DNA of 54,950 nt from an uncultured virus (IMG/VR IMGVR_UViG_3300044641_006340) (Duplodnaviria; Heunggongvirae; Uroviricota; Caudoviricetes): IMG/VR virus record IMGVR_UViG_3300044641_006340; one strand, written 5' to 3'. Below the pieces are notes generated by a model. It was given only the letters and a program-made list of their open reading frames with translations, made no database searches and was not told the DNA's origin. The first letter of the stretch is position 1; each line of letters opens with the position of its first letter. Below are positions 48,189 through 54,950 of the stretch, piece by piece. Both the position numbers and the translations under genes were made by a program.

Positions 48189-49158
48189 TGTTTAAATCAC
48201 TAGATATCATGTCTTGTATTAATTCATTAAAAGAAATTTTATTGACCCATCCCAAAACCGAGCGAGCCTTAGAGGAATCGCCCAATAAGTATTCAACTTC
48301 GCATGGACGATAAAACTTAGGATCAATCACCACATAGTCGTTATAATTCATATCAAAACTCCCAAATGCTACTTCTAAAAATTCCCTTACAGAATGAGTT
48401 TCGCCCGTAGAAACCACATAGTCATCAGGCTTGTCGTGTTGTAGCATCAAATACATAGCTTCTATATAATCTTTAGCATGCCCCCAGTCTCTATGAGCAT
48501 CTAAATTTCCCAGATGTAACTTGTTCTTAGTTTTGCCTTTAATTAATTCTGCTAAATATTTAGTTATTTTTCGCGTTACAAAATTTTCTCCACGCCTTGG
48601 ACTCTCATGATTGAATAGTATGCCCGAACATCCAAAAATATTATATGATGAACGATAAATTTGAACCATATGATAAGACGCTAATTTTGCTACACCATAA
48701 GGACTCTGAGGTAGCATTGTTGTATTTTCATCTTGGTATTTTTTATTATCTTTTAGAGTATAATTTCGCCCGAACATTTCGCTAGTACTAGCCTGATAAA
48801 ATTTAGTATGAGAACTAAAATTACGAATACTTTCTAAGATATTAATTACTCCAACACTATTAATCTCAAACGTGGTTGTTGGTTGTTCAAAGCTGGTAGC
48901 AACATGGCTCTGAGCAGCTAGATTATAAAATTCATCTGGTTCATATTTTTGTATTACCCTGTTAGTTCCACTAGGATCTGTCAGATCATATTCCTCTATT
49001 ACTAAATTAGGATGATCTAAAATATGAGCTATTCGCTGGGTATTGTTTGACGAGGATCTACGATGTAATCCTACTACTTTATAGTCTCTTTCTAGTAGAA
49101 ATTCTGCCAAATAGCTACCGTCCTGTCCAGTGATTCCTGTAACTAAAGCTTTTTTCAT
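48181..49158 (-). CDS. gmd: GDP-mannose 4,6-dehydratase
   Basis: ALVTGITGQDGSYLAE, YNLAAQSHV, YQASTSEMFG, SPYGVAK, LFNHESPRRG, RDWGHAKDY. Confidence 0.95.
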   Translation of the reverse strand: MKKALVTGITGQDGSYLAEFLLERDYKVVGLHRRSSSNNTQRIAHILDHPNLVIEEYDLTDPSGTNRVIQKYEPDEFYNLAAQSHVATSFEQPTTTFEINSVGVINILESIRNFSSHTKFYQASTSEMFGRNYTLKDNKKYQDENTTMLPQSPYGVAKLASYHMVQIYRSSYNIFGCSGILFNHESPRRGENFVTRKITKYLAELIKGKTKNKLHLGNLDAHRDWGHAKDYIEAMYLMLQHDKPDDYVVSTGETHSVREFLEVAFGSFDMNYNDYVVIDPKFYRPCEVEYLLGDSSKARSVLGWVNKISFNELIQDMISSDLNNA

Positions 49159-49967
49159 GATTTATTTTTTACACTTTCTGGAGTTAAAAAGGGAAGATCA
49201 AGAGTATTGTCTGCATATTGATGATAGTCGTAGAGTTTTTCTTTAATTTTATCTGTTGCTAAACTTAGTATTTTCATTTCTCGTCCTTCTTTTTCTCTTA
49301 TTTCTTCATCTTCTAACATACGTATTAGTCCTACCCAACTACTTTTACCATCTTCTACTCTTTTAATTCGTTGCTCACGGGTTGCCTTTAAATCTTTGCT
49401 AATTTTTTGTTGTTCATTTAATAGTTTAGTATATTCATTAGTATAATTAGCAATACTATTCCTAGCAAAAGATAATTGAGTTTCAAGATTAGCAAGCTTT
49501 GGAATATCTCGTTCAGATTCGACTTTTTCATATTCTTTATCAACTTGCTTTTGTAATTTTTCGGTTTCTGCAATGTGACGTTTGCGCTCTTTCATGCTGC
49601 GATTAATAAGAATATCTATTGTAATAAATTGTTTGATCTGAAGCTCTTCGGCAGGTAATACATCTTCTCTAAATTGTTTAACTAAATTGATCCATACATT
49701 TTCAAAATATTCTAATTCTCCACTATCAGCATCAAACTGTTTTTTTATTTCTCCCCAGAATGATTTACTATGAAGTTTCTGTAATAATATTTTTTCTTCA
49801 TTTTTTTCTAATGGATCACGAGCTAGTTGATTTTCCTCTATATATCGTTCTATAGGGGCGGTTGACCGATTTAAGGATGAAGCTATATTTTCTATGGTCA
49901 TGTTTAAAACATGTTGTCTTATAAACTTTTCTTCATCTAGGCTTAATTGTCCTCTTTTTTTACTCAA
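49155..49967 (-). CDS. HTH + coiled-coil protein; candidate terminase small subunit
   Basis: N-terminal HTH-like segment (TIENIASSLNRSTAPIERY), long coiled coil, upstream of TerL. The TerS assignment is from synteny only. Confidence 0.35.
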   Translation of the reverse strand: MSKKRGQLSLDEEKFIRQHVLNMTIENIASSLNRSTAPIERYIEENQLARDPLEKNEEKILLQKLHSKSFWGEIKKQFDADSGELEYFENVWINLVKQFREDVLPAEELQIKQFITIDILINRSMKERKRHIAETEKLQKQVDKEYEKVESERDIPKLANLETQLSFARNSIANYTNEYTKLLNEQQKISKDLKATREQRIKRVEDGKSSWVGLIRMLEDEEIREKEGREMKILSLATDKIKEKLYDYHQYADNTLDLPFLTPESVKNKS

Positions 49968-49969
49968 GA

Positions 49970-50626
49970 TTAATACTCGTAATTATGTTCTCTTAAAATA
50001 TCTTGTATAATTTCGTGTAGTTTGTTCATTTCTGCTTTGTAAATCTTTTCTCCGTATTTTAGTCTTAGATAAGATTCACGATATGGTGCGGGAATATGCT
50101 TGTCTAATAGGTCTATGATTTGTTGATTAAAAATACTTTCTGGAATATCATGTTCTACAATTGATTTTGTAGATTTTTCCGCAAGATCGTCCATGCCTAC
50201 GGGTTTCATAATATTCTTTTTTCTGTTGTTTCTTTTCTCCCAGGCCGAATATAATTCGCATTCGCTTTTGTCAGAATATTCTAAGCATTGATTTGTAGAA
50301 GCTTTGCAATGAGCATCATATAATGGACAAGTTAAACACGGCTTATCTGGTCTTTGGTAGTTGTCTCTTTTGTAATTAAAGAGTCTATTTCTAACGTGGG
50401 TCCATAAGAAATTTTCAAGAGGTCTTTTGTTATCGTATTTTTCTAGACCTTCTAAAGCAAAAACAGCAGCTTGCTGTTTCATATCGTCAAAACTATGATA
50501 GCCAAATTTAAATTTATGACCTAGTCTTTTGCTAATATTATCTAATACGGTCAAAAATTGCTCTTCTGTTACCCCATGAGGTAATTTAGGAGTTTTCTGG
50601 AGGATTTTCTGATTTTTCTTGGTCAT
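49970..50626 (-). CDS. Sigma-factor-like protein with a Cys-rich insert
   Basis: Region-2-like FDDMKQQAAVFALEGLEKYDNKRPLENFLWTHVRNRLFNYKR; CLTC...HC...C...C; short region-4-like tail. Confidence 0.7.
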   Translation of the reverse strand: MTKKNQKILQKTPKLPHGVTEEQFLTVLDNISKRLGHKFKFGYHSFDDMKQQAAVFALEGLEKYDNKRPLENFLWTHVRNRLFNYKRDNYQRPDKPCLTCPLYDAHCKASTNQCLEYSDKSECELYSAWEKRNNRKKNIMKPVGMDDLAEKSTKSIVEHDIPESIFNQQIIDLLDKHIPAPYRESYLRLKYGEKIYKAEMNKLHEIIQDILREHNYEY

Positions 50627-50741
50627 ATAATAGTTGAGCTATGCTTTTGCCTTCGTTTAATAAGAGGTCTGCTGTAACATCGACTCCCGATGCTTTAACT
50701 TCCAATATTGAATCTAGAATATTTATTGGATTATTGTTCAT
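50586..50741 (-). CDS. Hypothetical protein (51 aa)
   Basis: Start reassigned to MNNNP with AAGGAG RBS. Confidence 0.55.
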   Translation of the reverse strand: MNNNPINILDSILEVKASGVDVTADLLLNEGKSIAQLLYDQEKSENPPENS

Positions 50742-50812
50742 TTTTTCTCCTTGCACAAAACTTGCCAAACACTAGTATAATAGAGTTCTTACACTTTTAG
50801 TCAACTTTATTT
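50742..50812. promoter_or_regulatory. Divergent promoter region at the strand switch
   Basis: Plus strand TATAAT at 50776-50781; minus strand TTGACT (50799-50804)-16 nt-TATTAT and AGTGTA (50790-50795). Confidence 0.5.
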
Positions 50813-51061
50813 ATGGAAAGTGAGAAAATGATAACTTACAAAAAATGGTCAAGTTCGGAAACTGATTTTATTAGAGAAAATCATACTATTCTTTGTGACG
50901 AGGCTCTAGCCGCAAAGCTTAGTCAAATTACCGGACAAAACGTTACAACAGCTATGGTTCGTCGCCAAAGACGCAAGCTAGCACTAAAGAAGCCGAGAGG
51001 TCGTCCAGTTAAGAACAAGGTAGTATCCAACGTTTCAAATGACGTTTCTTCTGCTGGCTGA
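50813..51061 (+). CDS. Small DNA-binding protein (Myb/HTH-like + AT-hook)
   Basis: KKWSSSETDFIREN...VRRQRRKLAL, KPRGRP. The start may be ATG 50828. Confidence 0.6.
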   Translation: MESEKMITYKKWSSSETDFIRENHTILCDEALAAKLSQITGQNVTTAMVRRQRRKLALKKPRGRPVKNKVVSNVSNDVSSAG

Positions 51062-51089
51062 ATTTAATAAAAATAATGGTTTTTTAAAT

Positions 51090-51121
51090 ATAGTTCCTGG
51101 ATTTTTCTAGGAACTATTTTT
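51090..51121 (+). terminator. Terminator-like hairpin
   Basis: ATAGTTCCT (51090-51098) pairs with AGGAACTAT (51109-51117), followed by a T tract. Confidence 0.6.
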
Positions 51122-51141
51122 ATATAAGGAGTAAATTAAAT

Positions 51142-51435
51142 ATGAAAAATATAGTATTAGTTATAATGTTGATGATATACGGGTCCGTTAGTTATGCTGA
51201 TCAATGGGTATCTGCTCAAGCAATAACCCCGGTTGCCCCAACAATTCAATATGGTCAATATTTACCATATTACTATTATAATCCACAAGTTGTAATAATT
51301 AATGTTCCTTATCAGTATTATACCCCCGTAACAACATATCAAAATACCGTTGTTGAAAAACAATATTGGTGTTTATTTAAACGATACGAAATAGTAAGAG
51401 TTCCACAAACGGTTTATGTTCCAGTAAAGTATTGA
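51142..51435 (+). CDS. Secreted Tyr/Val/Pro/Thr-rich small protein
   Basis: AAGGAG RBS; signal peptide MKNIVLVIMLMIYGSVSYA; YYTPVTTY-type low-complexity body. Confidence 0.7.
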   Translation: MKNIVLVIMLMIYGSVSYADQWVSAQAITPVAPTIQYGQYLPYYYYNPQVVIINVPYQYYTPVTTYQNTVVEKQYWCLFKRYEIVRVPQTVYVPVKY

Positions 51436-51459
51436 CAAAAAAGATTTTTCTGCTAAATT
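51432..51459 (+). promoter_or_regulatory. Sigma70-type promoter for the protease gene
   Basis: TTGACA-16 nt-TAAATT with an extended TGc. Confidence 0.45.
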
Positions 51460-51500
51460 GCGAAAATCAAGTTTGTCACAAAACTCGCAAGGAAGCCGAC

Positions 51501-53099
51501 ATGAACAAAAAAGTTCTGACGATAGAAAAATTAGAATCTAAAACCTTATTATCTGTAGTTCCTAATGATACGCTATCAGGTTCCCAGTGGGGGCTTGGTA
51601 GCGTTTCTTCTTATCAGGCATGGTCTTATTCTACAGGGTCGAAGGGTGTTGTTGTGGCGATTATTGATAGCGGTATTGATTTAACCAATCAAGATTTAAA
51701 AAATAATTTATGGGTTAATCCTGGAGAGATAGCAGGAGACGGAATAGATAATGAGGGGAATGGATATATAGATGATATTTATGGGTGGAATTTTGCAAAC
51801 AATAATAATGATGTTCAGGATCGATATGGTCATGGAACTCATGTGGCAGGTATAATTGGTGCAGAAGGGGGTAACAGTTTGGGGGTTGCGGGAATTAATT
51901 GGAATGTGAGCTTGATGAGTTTGAAATTTTTTGATGATAAGGGGGTGGGTGATACTGGTGGGGCTATTCGGGCCATGGATTATATTAGTATGATGAAGAA
52001 TATCTATGGGGTGAATGTGGTGGCCGCTAATGCTAGTTGGGGAGGAACTGGTTTTAGCAATATGTTGTATGAGGCGATTGGTAGATTAAATGATGCTGGG
52101 GTAGTGCTAACCGTAGCTGCAGGAAATAAAGGAAGCAATAATGATATTACTTTAAGCTATCCTAGCTGTTTTGATGTGAATAATATTATTAGTGTGGGGG
52201 CTTTGAGTAGTTATACTAATGGCTTAGCTAGCTTTTCAAATTATGGAGCTAATACCGTAGATATTGCCGCTCCTGGTAGCACAATATTGTCTACTATTCC
52301 ATATAATAATTATGGATATAAAAGTGGTACTAGTATGGCATCTCCTTTTGTGGCCGGGGCTGTTGCTTTGCTAAATGCTGTTAAGCCAGGTATTACGGTA
52401 TCAGAAGTTAAAAATGTTATATTCTCTAGCGTTGATAAAATACCAGAACTATTTGGAAAGGTGGCAACAGGAGGAAAGTTGAACGTAGGAGCAGCTATAT
52501 CTAATGTATTGGGAGTTGCTTATGACGGCAACATATTACCAACAGGAGCCATAACATCTCAGAATCTAAGAAGTATTAGTGGATGGGTTAAAGATCTTAA
52601 CTTTCCAAACTCTAGTATTTCTGTACGATTAATTATTAATGGTGCAGAAAAGCAGGTGGCTGCATCTGGGGTTGGTGGGGCTTTTAGTTTTAATCTGGGG
52701 GGTCTAACTATAGGCAGTCATGATATAAAAGTGGAGGCTAGAGACTCTCAAACAGGATCGTGGACAACTATTGGATCAACAACTGTTAATATTCCGGCTC
52801 CGATAGTTAGGGTAGGATATTTAAGATTAGATAGAATAGCAGGATGGGCATTTAGTGAAAGATCAGGAGCTTCTCCGGTGCTAGTTAGAATAGTTATTAA
52901 TGGAAAAGTAGTTACTGGACAGTGGGCTAATTTGTATAGACCAGCATTGGTTCCTGTTCTTGGTAGTGCTAGGCACGGATTCAATATAATTTTAAATAGA
53001 TCGTGGTTCCATAAAGGGTCAAACAACATTAGTATACAGATATATGATCCTATCTCAAAACAAATTTCAACAGGATGGAAAGGCTTACTAGTAGCGTAA
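51501..53099 (+). CDS. S8 subtilisin-like serine protease with a planctomycete-type LExRxLL N-terminus
   Basis: Triad VAIIDSG / HGTHVAG / SGTSMASP. Start reassigned to ATG 51501 (AAGGA RBS): MNKKVLTIEKLESKTLLS. Two C-terminal beta domains (I.GW). Confidence 0.92.
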   Translation: MNKKVLTIEKLESKTLLSVVPNDTLSGSQWGLGSVSSYQAWSYSTGSKGVVVAIIDSGIDLTNQDLKNNLWVNPGEIAGDGIDNEGNGYIDDIYGWNFANNNNDVQDRYGHGTHVAGIIGAEGGNSLGVAGINWNVSLMSLKFFDDKGVGDTGGAIRAMDYISMMKNIYGVNVVAANASWGGTGFSNMLYEAIGRLNDAGVVLTVAAGNKGSNNDITLSYPSCFDVNNIISVGALSSYTNGLASFSNYGANTVDIAAPGSTILSTIPYNNYGYKSGTSMASPFVAGAVALLNAVKPGITVSEVKNVIFSSVDKIPELFGKVATGGKLNVGAAISNVLGVAYDGNILPTGAITSQNLRSISGWVKDLNFPNSSISVRLIINGAEKQVAASGVGGAFSFNLGGLTIGSHDIKVEARDSQTGSWTTIGSTTVNIPAPIVRVGYLRLDRIAGWAFSERSGASPVLVRIVINGKVVTGQWANLYRPALVPVLGSARHGFNIILNRSWFHKGSNNISIQIYDPISKQISTGWKGLLVA

Positions 53100-53103
53100 T
53101 AGT

Positions 53104-54255
53104 ATGTGTAGACCAAAAGGTAGCATAGACAAGAAAAAAAGAAAAAGAAAAGTTATCCTGACAGGAACACAGGAAAGAGACTTAATAAAAGATTATGAAG
53201 CAGGAGTTGCTGCTCGTGATCTGTATAAAAAATATGGAATAACAAAAAGTACGTTAAATTCTATTAAAAGGCGTAGAAATATAGCTTCTAAAATAAATCA
53301 TAATCAAATATCTTCGTGGACAGAAATTAGAGATTTCAGTAAAATTAAAAATATTAGTGGAGTATACGCTATATATTTTATATGGAACTACAATAAAACC
53401 AGTCCTGATAAGCATAAATTAGTAAATGACATAAAGATTTATATTGGTAGTAGTGTTAGTATGGGCGATAGGTTATCAGCTCATGAGAATGAATTAAAAA
53501 ATAATAAACACTATAATAAAAATTTACAAAACTTATATAACAATAGCAAATACTCTGTACATTATGCCATAATAGAAGAGTGTGGGATTGATAGTATTAT
53601 GCAGAAGGAGTGCTGGCATCTAAATAAGTATAGTTTTTTGTCTTTGTTAAACTACTGGAAACCTGTGAAAGAGGAAAATATTAGACTATGGTTGGAAAAA
53701 GCCATTACTAAAGATACTTATATTAAAAATTTTACGTTGAGTAACGATAAATCATATAACGGATCTGCTTGTAAAGAAACACTAACCAATCATAAAAGCG
53801 GATATGGAAGAATGGATGTCACAGTTAACGGAGAAAGAAAATATTTTACTAAACACAGAGTTGCATATTGGGAAAAGTATGGAGAGTATCCAGAATTAGT
53901 ACGTCATTTATGTAATAATGCTCGATGCTATAATTCGGATCATTTAGCCAAAGGAACACACAGAGATAATATGTTAGATAGGCGAGGGTCTTTTCCTGAA
54001 GAATTTGAGCAGATATGGTTGGAGTATAGGGGCGAACTATATAAAATAAGCGAATATTTCAAACAAGAGGGTAGATGGAACCCTAATCAAAGTTGGAACG
54101 GAAAGAAAGTTAGTTATAGCGTATATGATTGGGAAAAGAAATTAGATTTAAGAAACAAATATCCAGAAATATCTAAAAAGAGAATTAGTAGGCTTCGAAA
54201 GAAACAAGCAAAGAAGAAAGCCAAAAGGGATGGTTTAGCTAGTACATTTAATTAA
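53104..54255 (+). CDS. Homing-endonuclease-like protein with GIY-YIG and HNH (His-Cys) domains
   Basis: SGVYAIY...IYIGSS...RLSAH; GYGR...HRVAY...VRHLCNNARCYNSDHL..GTHRDN; N-terminal HTH. Confidence 0.8.
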   Translation: MCRPKGSIDKKKRKRKVILTGTQERDLIKDYEAGVAARDLYKKYGITKSTLNSIKRRRNIASKINHNQISSWTEIRDFSKIKNISGVYAIYFIWNYNKTSPDKHKLVNDIKIYIGSSVSMGDRLSAHENELKNNKHYNKNLQNLYNNSKYSVHYAIIEECGIDSIMQKECWHLNKYSFLSLLNYWKPVKEENIRLWLEKAITKDTYIKNFTLSNDKSYNGSACKETLTNHKSGYGRMDVTVNGERKYFTKHRVAYWEKYGEYPELVRHLCNNARCYNSDHLAKGTHRDNMLDRRGSFPEEFEQIWLEYRGELYKISEYFKQEGRWNPNQSWNGKKVSYSVYDWEKKLDLRNKYPEISKKRISRLRKKQAKKKAKRDGLASTFN

Positions 54256-54287
54256 ATTGGTCCTTGGTATGTTGGTACCTCCCTGCG

Positions 54288-54322
54288 GTTTTAGGAAACT
54301 GTCGAAATGGCAGTTCTAAAAC
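54288..54322. terminator. Stem-loop after the nuclease gene
   Basis: GTTTTAG..AACTGTC-GAAAT-GGCAGTT-CTAAAAC; no clear plus-strand U tract. Confidence 0.4.
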
Positions 54323-54332
54323 AGAAAATCCC

Positions 54333-54414
54333 CCTAACTCTATATATGGTAACAACTTAGGGTAAATATGCTCCGCCAGATTGAACGTAAGTTCTTATAT
54401 GGTAAAGGTTTACG
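54333..54414. repeat. Pair of 29-bp imperfect palindromes (sites 1 and 2)
   Basis: CCTAACTCTAT-ATATGGT-AACAACTTAGG at 54333 and CGTAAGTTCTT-ATATGGT-AAAGGTTTACG at 54386. Confidence 0.8.
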
Positions 54415-54427
54415 ACGAGTTATCGAA

Positions 54428-54444
54428 TTGGCATGATATTTGCT
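54428..54444 (+). promoter_or_regulatory. Sigma54 (RpoN) -24/-12 consensus
   Basis: TTGGCATGATATTTGCT = GG-N10-GC, one mismatch from TGGCACG-N4-TTGCW. Confidence 0.65.
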
Positions 54445-54480
54445 CTAGAAACCTTACGAAATCGTAAGGAAACTTTCCGC

Positions 54481-54508
54481 TTGCAACCTACAGAATACTC
54501 TGTATAAT
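54481..54508 (+). promoter_or_regulatory. Sigma70-type promoter
   Basis: TTGCAA-16 nt-TATAAT, followed by a purine-rich leader and GAGG RBS. Confidence 0.65.
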
Positions 54509-54556
54509 GTCGATATAAGAATAAGAGAGAACAAGAGAGAATAAGAGGACAAGAAA

Positions 54557-54670
54557 ATGATTACGACTATCGAATACTTTCAACTGTTTGCTCTGATTGC
54601 TTTTGCTGGTTTTGTCTCGTACACTGTTCACGAAGTGGCTAACGCTATCGATTCCATTCTTCACGACTGA
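54557..54670 (+). CDS. 37-aa single-TM protein
   Basis: MITTIEYFQLFALIAFAGFVSYTVHEVANAIDSILHD*, GAGGA RBS; below the track cutoff. Confidence 0.7.
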   Translation: MITTIEYFQLFALIAFAGFVSYTVHEVANAIDSILHD

Positions 54671-54702
54671 GAGAATTATCTCTCTGAAACAAGGACAAAC
54701 CA

Positions 54703-54852
54703 ATGACCATTCAAGTTCAAAACACGATTCGCCGCCTAGTTGCTCGACACGGTTATTCTGCTACGTTTGTACAGCACATGGGAGAGGGTATAAGCCTGTA
54801 CAGTATCGGGGGTATCATGTATCGCATTCGTGGCGATGGTACGATTCTATAA
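54703..54852 (+). CDS. 49-aa hypothetical protein
   Basis: MTIQVQNTIRRLVARHGYSATFVQHMGEGISLYSIGGIMYRIRGDGTIL*, AAGGA RBS. Confidence 0.7.
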   Translation: MTIQVQNTIRRLVARHGYSATFVQHMGEGISLYSIGGIMYRIRGDGTIL

Positions 54853-54854
54853 GA

Positions 54855-54936
54855 CGTAAAGCCTTATGAGGTAAGCACTTACGATTTGCCGGGCGGGCCG
54901 AATTCGACATAAGTACTTGCCACGTATAGACTTACA
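54855..54936. repeat. Pair of 29-bp imperfect palindromes (sites 3 and 4)
   Basis: CGTAAAGCCTT-ATGAGGT-AAGCACTTACG at 54855 and CATAAGTACTT-GCCACGT-ATAGACTTACA at 54908. Confidence 0.8.
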
Positions 54937-54950
54937 ACAAATATAAAAAA

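Noticed and set aside
54256..54556. tRNA or known ncRNA in the largest non-coding gap
   Set aside because: No cloverleaf or T-loop/CCA pattern was seen; the structure is explained by the hairpins, palindromes and promoters listed. An Infernal/Rfam scan was not possible.
54488..54869. Track ORFs 54488-54703 (-) and 54597-54869 (+)
   Set aside because: No RBS; they overlap the better-supported 37- and 49-aa genes and the promoter.
54333..54936. CRISPR mini-array interpretation of the 29-bp repeats
   Set aside because: The repeats are too divergent (sites 1 and 2 are 19/29 identical), the linkers are 24 nt and 440 nt, and no cas genes are present.
1..54950. Stop-codon reassignment
   Set aside because: Code 11 gives dense, full-length genes, and TAA, TAG and TGA all end genes at tight junctions.

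Overview
This window is the virion morphogenesis region of a large, AT-rich tailed phage, probably siphovirus-like: it has a tail tube and a TP901-type tape measure gene, and no sheath gene is visible. Standard code 11 reads throughout. Read in transcription order on the minus strand from about 50.7 kb down: truncated sigma-like factor, HTH/coiled-coil protein (possible TerS), gmd, HNH, ERCC4 nuclease, terminase large subunit, portal, prohead protease with nested scaffold, decoration protein, major capsid, then a homing-endonuclease-like gene. About 31 kb of fibre/adhesin-like genes follow (Mtd_N, collagen, LamG, FN3 and Ig/cadherin domains, and a 4189-aa giant), interleaved with head-tail joining genes. 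Tail tube, putative chaperones and the 5' end of the tape measure gene come last. The plus strand at the right end carries a subtilisin with a planctomycete-type LExRxLL N-terminus, a GIY-YIG+HNH nuclease and the start of a small-gene region. Main leads: (1) a candidate mucin-type O-glycosylation kit for the virion, made of a ppGalNAc-T-like glycosyltransferase next to a GDPH + poly-Thr fibre, plus a 2OG-Fe(II) oxygenase and Gmd; (2) a two-gene cassette bracketed by pairs of 29-bp palindromes spaced exactly 53 bp, carrying a consensus sigma54 motif; (3) a GGTGTA late-promoter motif matched to a sigma factor lacking region 4.2; (4) a Planctomycetota host signal. All calls are by eye from motifs and synteny; no database searches were run.
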